A model generated the notes under the pieces. That model worked only from the letters and a program-made list of their open reading frames with translations, was not told the DNA's origin and made no database searches. Of a stretch of 64,000 bases of DNA, positions 44,088-54,325 are shown in pieces. Location of the stretch: the sequence record LC727698.1. One strand, written 5' to 3'. Position 1 is the first letter of the stretch, and each line of letters starts with the position of its first letter. Made by a program: the position numbers and the translations under genes.

Positions 44088-47000
44088 ATGAGTATACAAT
44101 CAGGTCCTTCTGTATTAAATCAATTTGTTCCAGATTTTCTAATAGATAGTACACCAACTAATGGTCAATTTTTAGTTTATGACGATACTGTCCAGGCATT
44201 TGTAAATAGCACAAATCCCAGAATCGTATTAGATTCGTCTAATATATTAGACGGTTCTATAACAATTGATAAACTTGCAATATCTGGTAATAAAGTGCCT
44301 GGATACGTACTAACTATAACTTCCGCGGGCGGAATGGCATTTTTACCAGTACCTGGCAGCGGTGGCCAATTACCTAGTCTAGATGAATTACTAGACACAA
44401 ATATAGTATCTCCTACTATAACCCAATATCTTAAATGGGACGGTTCTGCATGGGTTAATAGTAATATAACGTTAAATGATGTATCAGATGTCTCTGTTAT
44501 CTCCCCTACAGCTGATGATGTATTAGCATGGGAATCAGGTTCTTGGACAAATAAGAAAATAGATTATACATCACTAACAAACAAACCAGATTTGAGTGAT
44601 GTAGTTAGATCTAGCGAATTGTCATCAGTTGCATTCAGTGGTGATTATAATGATTTAGTAAATATTCCCAGTGCAACTTCTAATACTATAGTTGGATTAA
44701 CAGATGTTAACGATACTGCACTACCCAACGGATTCTTGCGCTGGAACGCAAGTGGCGATGAGGTAGAATTTATTACTTCAATTTCTGCTACTGTAATAAC
44801 CGGGTTAGCTCCAGTTGCTACTAGTGGAAATTATAATGACTTATTAGGAAAACCTAATTTGTCAGTGTATCCGCTTAGAACTGAATTTTCCACTGTTGCA
44901 ACCACCGGTAATTATTCTGATTTGAACAATGTGCCTTTGACATTTGCACCAAGTGCGCATACTCACCCGGCTGCACAAATCACAGGATTAGCATCTGTAG
45001 CTACTAGCAACGATTATAACGATTTAGTTAATAAACCGACTGCGATGGCGCCAACAGCACATACGCATGCTATATCTGATATTATAGGATTGCAAAATTC
45101 GCTAGATAGTAAGCTGACTGTTAATTTAACTACTAGACTTCCAAAAGATGTTATTTATTTTAACGGCACTTCGTGGGTAAACAAGCAATTATCTTATACT
45201 GATATTTCCGGTACTCCTAACTTAGATAACTATGTTACTGATTCAGAATTATCTACTGTTGCTACAACTGGCAGATATTCTGATTTAATAAATAAACCCG
45301 AGTTAGTAGAAAATTTAAACGACTTATTAGATGTAGATGTTTCTTCTAAACAAACAGGGAACGTATTAACCTGGAACGGAACAGCATGGGTTGCTAGTGC
45401 AATAACACAAGCAAGCATAGATTGGGCTAATATAAGCAATAAACCAAGCGTTTTTAGCCCCGCTGCGCATACACACGACGTAGTAGACGTACTAGGCCTG
45501 CAAAGTTTACTAGACAGCAAACTTGACGCAAATATTGCATTCGACGGCGATTATAATAGTTTAACAAATAAACCGGGGTTAATAGATCTTCAAGATACAT
45601 TTAGTCCTGCTGTACCTAATGGATTCTTACGGTGGAATAATTTAGGTACCTTAGTTGCATATCAAGATTATATATATCCGCAAGATATTTCAGGATTGTC
45701 GGACGTTGCTATATCAGGTCAGTATTCGGATTTATTGGGTACTCCTTCCTTATCAACTGTTGCTATAACCGGGAGTTATAGCGACTTAATTGATGCGCCG
45801 CCTGCATTTGACGGTGATTATGATAGTTTAACAAATAAACCGTTTATTCCTACTAATTTTGATTTTAAATTTATAGGTTTAAATGATGTAAGTCCTACTG
45901 TTCAGCCTGGCGGCTATTTAAAATGGAACTTAGACGGTTCATTTGTTGTATCGTCAGCAAACATTCCTGCAACAGATGTAGCAGGTTTATCTGTTGTGTC
46001 TACAACCGGACAATATTCGGATTTATTAGGCAAACCGTTATTAGCTACAGTTTCTTCGTCGGGTAGTTATACTGATTTAATAAATATTCCTACTGAATTT
46101 AATCCAGCCGTACATACCCACAATATAGCAGACATATCCGGATTACAGGCAGCCCTGGACAATAAATTAAATACATCTGATGCATTTAGTGGTGATTATA
46201 ATGATCTAACTAATGCACCTACTAATAGTTCATATTCATTAGTGGGTTTATCAGATACTAATTCTGTACCTGTTGCAAACGGATTCTTACGCTGGAATGC
46301 ATCTGGAAGTAGTGTTGAATATATTCAAACAATTCCTGTAAATGCAATAACTGGATTGGCTCCTGTTGCATCATCTGGCCAGTATGCAGATTTGCAAGGA
46401 ACACCGGATTTATCTGACTATGTTTTATCTGTATCATTGGCTGACATAGCTACAACTGGAGAATATTCAGATTTAATAAATGCACCTGATTTAAGTGTGT
46501 ATGCTAATAAAACTGATCTGTCAGATGTAGCTACAACAGGACAATATTCGGATTTATTGGGTATTCCTACACAATTTACACCGACAGTTCATGTCCATAA
46601 CGTTTCTCAAATAAGTGGATTAGCTACTGTTGCTACTAGCGGAAGTTATAATGATTTATCTAATAAACCGTCGTTTGCTAATGTTGCAACTACAGGCAGC
46701 TATGATGATCTAAACAATAAACCATCCATACCTACTAATGGCAGTTTTAGTTTACTTGGGTTAAATGATACAAATAATACGCCAGTTGCAGATGGTATAT
46801 TGCGTTGGAATTCCAGTGCAAATCAGGTAATATATGCAAATACAATCGATGCACAATCTGTTTCTGGATTAGCTACTGTTGCAACTATAGGTAAACTATC
46901 TTCACTAAGTGATGTAGATTTAATAGGTTTGAACCAGAATGAAATATTGCAATGGAACGGTTCTGCATGGGTACCTGTACCTTATAATCCTAATCAAATA

Positions 47001-50000
47001 CAAGCCTACATAGAGAGCGGAAATACAAAAGTTTCTACTAACGATATTTTAGATAGCATTGTTCTAACAGCAGGACCTACTACTGGAAATATAATATTCG
47101 AGTTAGGAAATACAAATAGCTCAATTATTCTAAATCCAGTTGCTAATAACGTAGATGCTCTTATTTCTTCTACTTCTAGAATAAAATTAGATTCATCCAC
47201 TGGCATATCATTAGGTAATATAAGTTATCCAATGACCGACGGTACAGTTGGGCAAGCAGTAGTTACAAATGGAGCTGGCCAACTATCGTTTGAAACAGTA
47301 GTTAAACCCTCTCAATTGGCTACAGTTGCTACTAGTGGAAATTATAATGACTTAACTAATAAACCTACATTAGTAACCGAACTAAACGGACTTGCTGACG
47401 TTCGTATGCGTGATACTAATGGAAATTATTTAGCACAACCAGAGGATGTGTTAACATATTCTAACGGAATATGGCAAGCACGACCGAACACTAGTTCTTC
47501 TTTTATAGGTTTAAGCGATACCCAAAATATAACATTGCCAGAAGATAGGGCTAATGCATACTTACGTTGGGATACTACTGGAAATCTAATTATATACGAA
47601 GATAGTATTTCTGCAAGCGTAATTGCCGGATTAGCAGAAGTAGCAACCACAGGAGATTTGCACGATTTAATAAATGTAAATGTAAATTTACCTGATATGA
47701 ACAATCCAGCTACACAAGCTGTTTGGGGTTTAATATGGGATCGTCAGAATCAACGTTGGATAAATTACAATTTACGTAATATAGCAGGTTCGGGTGGATC
47801 TACAGTAGTAGCATTGAATGACTTAACTGATGTTACTCTTACTTTCCCTGTAGTTGACGGTAATGTTCTTAGAGCAACTGTGCAACCAGACAATAGTATT
47901 GTTTGGCAGAACAAACAACTATCTTATAGTGACTTAACTGGAACTATAAGTATGAGTCTGTTGCAATTAACTGATACTAGTTCATCTGCTGTACCTAATG
48001 GATTCTTACGGTGGGACTCATCGGGTAACACAGTTCAGTATATTACTACAATAAGTACAAATGATATAACCGGGTTAGCTCCGGTTGCTACTAGTGGAAA
48101 TTATAATGACTTATCTAATACACCTGCTATACCGGCATCAATTAATGATTTAGCAGATGTTAATACCGTTAGTCCTGTTCCTACAAACGGATATGTATTA
48201 ACATGGGATAGTAGTTCGAATAATTGGATTGCAAAAGAACCTGCAACTAACCCATCTGGTAGTACAGCCCTAGCTGATCTAACAGATGTATCTCTATCTG
48301 ATCTAGCTGCTAGTGATGTTTTAAAATACAACGGTACTACATGGGTAAACGAACCAGTTACGTATTCTGAATTAACAGATTTACCTACATTTGCGTTAGT
48401 TGCATTCAGTGGTGATTATAATGATTTAACTAATAAGCCATCAGGATCTACTACATCTATACTAGATCTAACTGACACTGCAGATACTGCACTACCCAAC
48501 GGATTCTTGCGCTGGAACGCAAGTGGCGATGAGGTTTTATATCAATCATCTATTGATGTTTCTGATATAATAGGATTATCCGGTGTAGCTATAAGTGGTG
48601 ATTATAACGATTTATCCAACAAACCGGAAAATAATTCGTATTATTTTAGAAAGTTAGCTGATGCAGGAAATCCGCAGCCTAATACATTTATAAAATATCC
48701 TGCGTTTACTATTCCGCCCGGTAGTGATATAGACGATGTTAATCCTATACTCGAATATGTAAGTAGCATAAATGCACTAACTGACATAGATAACCTAGCT
48801 CCGGTTGCTACTAACGGAATACTAGGCAGTTTAGTAGACGTAAATCTAAATTCAGTAGAAGATGGACAAGTTCTTACTTATGATGCTGTAACAAATAGCT
48901 GGATAAACAAAAATAGTTCAGGATCGCCGGTAGTAACTTCGTGGACAAAGATAAGTGGCAACTATACTGTAACTGGCTCAGAATATTTATTGGTAGATAC
49001 GACTTCTGCTAGTGTAACAATTACTCTGCCTGTTGCCCCTACCGAAAATATGGTAATTCGTATTGCTGATTGGAAAGGTACATTTAGAACAAATAGTTGC
49101 GTAGTGAATACCAATGGCATGCCTTTAATGGGTGCTAGCATGGATAACACACTAACTATTCAGAACCAAAATGCAAGTATAGAGTTAACATTTGTAGACA
49201 CAACGTACGGTTGGAAAATAACAGATGGTATAGGTGAGATATCTAAACAAAACATTCCAGTTACGAATTGGCGTACTGTAGATTCATCTAGCACTCCTGC
49301 TATGCTAATAGCTCAACCGGGCGAAGCAATTTATGTTAATACCAACAATGGTGCCGTAACTGTTAAATTACCGACAGGAGCAAGTGTTAACGCTGTTGTT
49401 AGAATAGCTGACTTGTTAGGTACTTACGATAAAGCAAGTTGCTTTGTAGATGGCAACGGCAACCCAATAATGGGTAAAAACGAAATATTAGAAATTGCAA
49501 ACGAAAATGCTTCTATAGAATTTACATACGTCGATTCAGTAGTAGGGTGGAAAGTAACAGACGGCATAGGTGAGTTAGGTAGAAAAACCGATATTGCATC
49601 TGATTCGGATATAATAGTTTATGTAGCTACAGATGGTAACGACACTACAGGAAGTGGAACCGAAGAATCTCCATTTGCTACATTAAATGCTGCTTTCCTT
49701 AGTCTAGATGGCAAATTTGTAAATAGTTCTGCAGAAATTATAGTTCGTGTTGCAGAAGGTGTATACGAACCTACTAATCCTGTTGCGTTTAGTCACATTC
49801 AGGGAATGAATGTAAAACTCATAGGCGAAATGCCCCAAGCAAGTAGTTCATTTACTGTTACTAATATAACCAATAATGCAGGATTAGCAACAGTAACAAT
49901 GCAACTTTCTTCTGTCAGTGACTACGAAGTAGGGGACATTATAAAGATTACGTCGGCAGCAACTATGTTAGAATGTGTTGAAATTATAACAGCAATAAAC

Positions 50001-50798
50001 ACAGGGTCTAATACTTTAGAGATAGTAATTCCTAATAGTGTATTAGCCGATGTATCTGACTATACTGGGTACACTGGAACTATATCTAAATTCACTACAG
50101 TATTTAAAAATACAAACATGTATGTAGCTGGCGGATATTCGTTAGGTTTCATAGATAACATAGCGTTAGTAGACGATACTGGATTAGGAACTGCACTTAC
50201 TGTAGGAAGAACATATACTACAGGTATATATGATGGACCTGCGTATGTTGGTTTAGGTGCAAACTTTGCAGTATATGGATATGAAACTGCAATACAATCT
50301 ATACCGGGTTCCAGTGTAGTATTGGCAGGAAATCTATGCAGGCAAGCAGTCGCTGCAATCCGTGCAGACGGTTCTATATTGTCATTTAATGCCGGACAAT
50401 CTGTTTATATTGCAAACCAAGCACAAGATGGTATTGTGTTAAAACACGGAAGTAAACTAATACACAACGACGATGCTAGTCAATCGTTTGTATTTGTGAT
50501 ATTCAATAATATCAAATCCGGCACAATCATGTCGTTAGATACAAGTATATCTACTGCTAATTTTGAAGTTAAAAACTCAGAAGGCATAATGATAGCTGCA
50601 ACTAGACATAGTACAGTTGATGCTAGATCAGCTATTGTATCTGGAACAATAACAGGCGATTTAGAAGTAAATGCAACAGGCATGTCTGTAATCAACATAA
50701 ACGAACCTGCAGGCAGTACAAATATACCATTAGCAGTTGTTTGTAATCCTGCTCATGGATCTAATACAGAATTACAAAAAGGTTACATAGGATTATAA
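44088..50798 (+). CDS. giant long tail fibre protein (2236 aa)
   Basis: Many L..VA.SG.Y.DL.N.P, L.DL.DV and NG.L.W repeats; two VDT...V...LP...RIAD..G...GW..TDG repeats like T4 gp34; beta-helix-like C-terminus. Confidence 0.85.
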   Translation: MSIQSGPSVLNQFVPDFLIDSTPTNGQFLVYDDTVQAFVNSTNPRIVLDSSNILDGSITIDKLAISGNKVPGYVLTITSAGGMAFLPVPGSGGQLPSLDELLDTNIVSPTITQYLKWDGSAWVNSNITLNDVSDVSVISPTADDVLAWESGSWTNKKIDYTSLTNKPDLSDVVRSSELSSVAFSGDYNDLVNIPSATSNTIVGLTDVNDTALPNGFLRWNASGDEVEFITSISATVITGLAPVATSGNYNDLLGKPNLSVYPLRTEFSTVATTGNYSDLNNVPLTFAPSAHTHPAAQITGLASVATSNDYNDLVNKPTAMAPTAHTHAISDIIGLQNSLDSKLTVNLTTRLPKDVIYFNGTSWVNKQLSYTDISGTPNLDNYVTDSELSTVATTGRYSDLINKPELVENLNDLLDVDVSSKQTGNVLTWNGTAWVASAITQASIDWANISNKPSVFSPAAHTHDVVDVLGLQSLLDSKLDANIAFDGDYNSLTNKPGLIDLQDTFSPAVPNGFLRWNNLGTLVAYQDYIYPQDISGLSDVAISGQYSDLLGTPSLSTVAITGSYSDLIDAPPAFDGDYDSLTNKPFIPTNFDFKFIGLNDVSPTVQPGGYLKWNLDGSFVVSSANIPATDVAGLSVVSTTGQYSDLLGKPLLATVSSSGSYTDLINIPTEFNPAVHTHNIADISGLQAALDNKLNTSDAFSGDYNDLTNAPTNSSYSLVGLSDTNSVPVANGFLRWNASGSSVEYIQTIPVNAITGLAPVASSGQYADLQGTPDLSDYVLSVSLADIATTGEYSDLINAPDLSVYANKTDLSDVATTGQYSDLLGIPTQFTPTVHVHNVSQISGLATVATSGSYNDLSNKPSFANVATTGSYDDLNNKPSIPTNGSFSLLGLNDTNNTPVADGILRWNSSANQVIYANTIDAQSVSGLATVATIGKLSSLSDVDLIGLNQNEILQWNGSAWVPVPYNPNQIQAYIESGNTKVSTNDILDSIVLTAGPTTGNIIFELGNTNSSIILNPVANNVDALISSTSRIKLDSSTGISLGNISYPMTDGTVGQAVVTNGAGQLSFETVVKPSQLATVATSGNYNDLTNKPTLVTELNGLADVRMRDTNGNYLAQPEDVLTYSNGIWQARPNTSSSFIGLSDTQNITLPEDRANAYLRWDTTGNLIIYEDSISASVIAGLAEVATTGDLHDLINVNVNLPDMNNPATQAVWGLIWDRQNQRWINYNLRNIAGSGGSTVVALNDLTDVTLTFPVVDGNVLRATVQPDNSIVWQNKQLSYSDLTGTISMSLLQLTDTSSSAVPNGFLRWDSSGNTVQYITTISTNDITGLAPVATSGNYNDLSNTPAIPASINDLADVNTVSPVPTNGYVLTWDSSSNNWIAKEPATNPSGSTALADLTDVSLSDLAASDVLKYNGTTWVNEPVTYSELTDLPTFALVAFSGDYNDLTNKPSGSTTSILDLTDTADTALPNGFLRWNASGDEVLYQSSIDVSDIIGLSGVAISGDYNDLSNKPENNSYYFRKLADAGNPQPNTFIKYPAFTIPPGSDIDDVNPILEYVSSINALTDIDNLAPVATNGILGSLVDVNLNSVEDGQVLTYDAVTNSWINKNSSGSPVVTSWTKISGNYTVTGSEYLLVDTTSASVTITLPVAPTENMVIRIADWKGTFRTNSCVVNTNGMPLMGASMDNTLTIQNQNASIELTFVDTTYGWKITDGIGEISKQNIPVTNWRTVDSSSTPAMLIAQPGEAIYVNTNNGAVTVKLPTGASVNAVVRIADLLGTYDKASCFVDGNGNPIMGKNEILEIANENASIEFTYVDSVVGWKVTDGIGELGRKTDIASDSDIIVYVATDGNDTTGSGTEESPFATLNAAFLSLDGKFVNSSAEIIVRVAEGVYEPTNPVAFSHIQGMNVKLIGEMPQASSSFTVTNITNNAGLATVTMQLSSVSDYEVGDIIKITSAATMLECVEIITAINTGSNTLEIVIPNSVLADVSDYTGYTGTISKFTTVFKNTNMYVAGGYSLGFIDNIALVDDTGLGTALTVGRTYTTGIYDGPAYVGLGANFAVYGYETAIQSIPGSSVVLAGNLCRQAVAAIRADGSILSFNAGQSVYIANQAQDGIVLKHGSKLIHNDDASQSFVFVIFNNIKSGTIMSLDTSISTANFEVKNSEGIMIAATRHSTVDARSAIVSGTITGDLEVNATGMSVININEPAGSTNIPLAVVCNPAHGSNTELQKGYIGL
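44627..44764 (+). repeat. direct repeat block, copy 1 (copy 2 at 48398-48535)
   Basis: 31 nt (44627-44657) and 53 nt (44712-44764) identical to 48398-48428 and 48483-48535 with the same 54-nt spacing. Confidence 0.9.
44796..44844 (+). repeat. direct repeat (copies at 48066-48114 and partial 47323-47354)
   Basis: 48/49 nt identical to 48066-48114; 32 nt identical to 47323-47354. Confidence 0.9.
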
Positions 50799-50799
50799 T

Positions 50800-51186
50800 A
50801 TGTCTAATTTAAATGATTATTTCGGCGGAACATCTAATAGCACTGGAAGTTATCCCAGTGCTATTCCTGCAAAAAGAATTAATACTTCTGCAACTACTAT
50901 TACATCTGGCGAAACTAGAGACTTTAATTTAGGAGTATCATCGGGTGCTGTGTTATTCCTCGCTGTCTCTACAATAATAGGTAACCAAACAGACACATAC
51001 GAACTTTATATAAAAATAGGATCTAATATAGTAATAGATTTCGAAACAATAACTGGTAATTTTAATACAAATCAACCTGCATTTTTATTAGGTTCAGGTA
51101 CAGCAACCCTTACAGTACATAATACATCTGCAACAGATATGATGTTTAGTTCAAACATATATTTTGCACCAATATCTCTTAGTTAA
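50800..51186 (+). CDS. small tail-fibre-associated protein
   Basis: Follows the giant fibre; MSNLND.FG N-terminus shared with 51302. Confidence 0.6.
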   Translation: MSNLNDYFGGTSNSTGSYPSAIPAKRINTSATTITSGETRDFNLGVSSGAVLFLAVSTIIGNQTDTYELYIKIGSNIVIDFETITGNFNTNQPAFLLGSGTATLTVHNTSATDMMFSSNIYFAPISLS

Positions 51187-51213
51187 TAAAAGGGCTTAAA
51201 AGCCCTTTTATTA
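51184..51213 (+). terminator. rho-independent terminator
   Basis: TAATAAAAGGGCTT-aa-AAGCCCTTTTATTA. Confidence 0.85.
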
Positions 51214-51301
51214 TATTTTACCTATGTTAAAATACTACTAAAATCTGGTAAATATTGTGATAACAATATAATAGATTTTAGCTAAGTGTAAAAGGAAACA
51301 T

Positions 51302-54300
51302 ATGTCTAATTTAAATGATTTTTTTGGATCAAGTGGATCAGAAGGCGGGGGAGCCGAAGTTAAAAGACTAGACGACTTAGTAGACGTTTCTGTAGCTAGT
51401 CCAACTAACGGTCAAACCCTTGTTTTTGACAACACAGGCTGGGTAAACAGAAAACTTAGCTACAATGATTTATCTAATCTTCCGTCTATATCAAACACAT
51501 TAAGTGGATTAGATGATGTAGACACTGCCGGTACTATAGCCGGATATGTATTACAATTTAACGGAATAAAATGGGTAGGTATGCCTGCCAGTAGTTCCAT
51601 TTCGTTAGACGATTTATCTAATGTTGCTATCACAGCACCCTCAATAAACCAAACACTGCTATTTAATGGATCAACCTGGTATAACGGATCTGTAGATTTT
51701 AATAATTTAATAAACACACCCGTTATTCCTACACAGTTAGGCGATTTGTCAGATGTTTCTGTCAGTGCTTCTACTCAAGAAGGAAGTGTACTAGTTTTTA
51801 GAACAGGACAATGGATCGGTTCTGTAATAAATTACAACGATTTGTCAAATACTCCTACTATACCGCAAAACGATTCATTTACATTCTTAGGTTTATCCGA
51901 TACTAACGATATACCGGAAGCAAATGGGTTTTTAAAATGGAATAATTTAAGTACAGAAATAGAATATGTTACTTCAATTCCTTCGTCTGCTATAACAGGA
52001 TTAGCCAATGTTGCAACAACCGGTTTATTGTCCAATTTAGTAGATGTGAATGTCAGTGGTGTATCTAATGGCCAGGTTCTAACATATAATTCCTCTTCTA
52101 GCACATGGGTTCCTACTACGCCATCGACAGGCGGCGGAACAAGTGATCCTACTGCTATTTTTAGTACAGACGGTAATACGTATATTAATACTGAAGAATT
52201 AGTAGACGAGCTAGTTTTAAAAACCGGACCTGGATCCGGAAATGTAAATGTCATTCTCGGTGGCACCGGCAAGATTGTCGTCGAAGGTCAATCTCCGGAA
52301 ATAATATCGGAAACTAGTTTAAAATTAACAGGTAGCAATTTATATTTAAATGAACTATCTTGGCCTACGACCGACGGAACGAGTGGTCAAGTTTTAGCTA
52401 CAGACGGAAATGGAAATCTCTCATTTATAACAGTATCGTCCGGTGGAACTACTATACTCATAAACTGGCGCGGCGAATGGGAAGAAACTAGTTATAATAT
52501 AAACGACGCAGTAAGTTATGCTGGTTCTAGTTATATATGTGTTGCTGAAGTAGCAGGCGGCAATATTTCTATTCCGCCTAGCAATACAAACTTAAATTGG
52601 AATATACTAGCACTAAAAGGTGAAGACGGATCATTCTTTACTTATAAGGGAACTTATGATTCTAATACCGAATATGTAGATAAAGATGTAGTTTATTATA
52701 ACGGTTCATCTTATGTAGTGTTAGACGGGCAAGGACCTATTACAGGAATCACCCCTACTGACCAATCTAAATGGGGTATATTAGCGTTAGCTGGCTCTGG
52801 AGGAACAGGCAGTGGTTTTACTTACAAAAATGAATATAATAATTCGGAAACTTATCAAGACCAAGACGTTGTTAGTTATGGAGGATCTTCATACATTGTT
52901 AGTCCTGGCAACGGTCCTGTTACTGGTATTTTGCCTACCGATTCTTCTATTTGGGGTATTATTGCACTCAAGGGTCAAGACGGGTCTGGAACAGGTAACC
53001 AGTCGCTTGAAGATTTAACTGATGTATCTAGTGCCACTCCTACTTCGGGGAATGTGTTAGTAGCTAACGGGTCATCATGGTCTTCTTCTAAGTTATCATA
53101 TAGTCAACTCCAAGGTCTACCTACTTTATCTGTAGTTGCTACTTCTGGTAGTTATAATGACTTATTAGATAAACCTTCTAATATAGGAACATTTATTGGA
53201 TTATCAGATACTGATACTCCTTCCCTACCAAATGGATTTTTAAAATGGAATGCACAAGGAACATCTATATCTTATGTACAATCAATACCTTCAGAATCTA
53301 TTTCTGGTTTGGCTACTGTTGCTACTACCGGTGATTATAGCGATTTAACTAATACACCTAACATACCAGTTATGTTAGACGACTTAACCGATGTGAATTT
53401 AGTTACACCTCCTGTAACAGGTCAGGCTTTAGTATACAACGGTACGTATTGGTTGGCAGGCAATGCTGGAAGCGGTTCGAGCACACTAGCATCATTAACT
53501 GACGTTAACTTAACTACTCCTACTAACAATCAAGTATTATCGTATGACAATACACAAAATTTGTGGATTAATACACAAATCGATTATGATGATATTTTAA
53601 ATACACCTAGTATACCCGTAAATAATAGCTTTAGCTTGGTTGGGTTGAACGACACGGATAATTCTGCTATTCCGAACGCATTCTTAAAATGGAACTCAAC
53701 CGGGAATTCAGTAGAATATGTTCAGTCTATTTCTGCTAGTAGTATAACAGGATTATCTACTGTTGCTACAACTGGAGACTACAACGACTTAACTAATTTA
53801 CCTTCTATTCCAGAAAATATAAGTGATTTAAATGACGTAGATACATCTACTGCACCTACTGATGGTCAAATACTCATATATAGTGCAGCACTAGGAAAGT
53901 GGATTCCTGGAGATCAAAGCGGTACTAGTCCAGTTCCGGGCGGCTTCCCCGGTGAATGGTTAAAAATCAATTATACCCCTGGCAATTTAATAGGTACAAT
54001 TGAGTGTTCGCCTAACATATCATACACTATAGTAGATAATGTTGCAAATAATAATCTTACTTTAGATTTAGTATTTGCAAATAGACCATACCCGCCTGCT
54101 GGATGGATGTGGTATGGTTACTTAGTAACACAAGGCAGATATGTATTAAAAATGCAAGATACTACTAGTCATCCGCATACGTTAGAGCTTACGACTACTG
54201 AAAATCCGTTTGGAACAGGAACTGGAAAATTATCAGGATTCCAGTGCAGGGTATCAACTACTGGAGCCCAAAGTTATGGTCCTCTTCAGCCTACGCATGC

Positions 54301-54322
54301 ATATGTGATATTTGGGTGGTAA
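51302..54322 (+). CDS. tail fibre protein (1006 aa)
   Basis: Same repeat families as 44088, plus three (W/Y)(R/K)G......Y...D.V.Y.GSSY...W.I.AL.G repeats. Confidence 0.82.
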   Translation: MSNLNDFFGSSGSEGGGAEVKRLDDLVDVSVASPTNGQTLVFDNTGWVNRKLSYNDLSNLPSISNTLSGLDDVDTAGTIAGYVLQFNGIKWVGMPASSSISLDDLSNVAITAPSINQTLLFNGSTWYNGSVDFNNLINTPVIPTQLGDLSDVSVSASTQEGSVLVFRTGQWIGSVINYNDLSNTPTIPQNDSFTFLGLSDTNDIPEANGFLKWNNLSTEIEYVTSIPSSAITGLANVATTGLLSNLVDVNVSGVSNGQVLTYNSSSSTWVPTTPSTGGGTSDPTAIFSTDGNTYINTEELVDELVLKTGPGSGNVNVILGGTGKIVVEGQSPEIISETSLKLTGSNLYLNELSWPTTDGTSGQVLATDGNGNLSFITVSSGGTTILINWRGEWEETSYNINDAVSYAGSSYICVAEVAGGNISIPPSNTNLNWNILALKGEDGSFFTYKGTYDSNTEYVDKDVVYYNGSSYVVLDGQGPITGITPTDQSKWGILALAGSGGTGSGFTYKNEYNNSETYQDQDVVSYGGSSYIVSPGNGPVTGILPTDSSIWGIIALKGQDGSGTGNQSLEDLTDVSSATPTSGNVLVANGSSWSSSKLSYSQLQGLPTLSVVATSGSYNDLLDKPSNIGTFIGLSDTDTPSLPNGFLKWNAQGTSISYVQSIPSESISGLATVATTGDYSDLTNTPNIPVMLDDLTDVNLVTPPVTGQALVYNGTYWLAGNAGSGSSTLASLTDVNLTTPTNNQVLSYDNTQNLWINTQIDYDDILNTPSIPVNNSFSLVGLNDTDNSAIPNAFLKWNSTGNSVEYVQSISASSITGLSTVATTGDYNDLTNLPSIPENISDLNDVDTSTAPTDGQILIYSAALGKWIPGDQSGTSPVPGGFPGEWLKINYTPGNLIGTIECSPNISYTIVDNVANNNLTLDLVFANRPYPPAGWMWYGYLVTQGRYVLKMQDTTSHPHTLELTTTENPFGTGTGKLSGFQCRVSTTGAQSYGPLQPTHAYVIFGW

Positions 54323-54325
54323 TAT

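Noticed and set aside
44627-48535. Diversity-generating retroelement TR/VR pair
   Set aside because: No reverse transcriptase in the window, only one (synonymous) mismatch in the copies, and both lie mid-gene rather than at a C-terminal lectin
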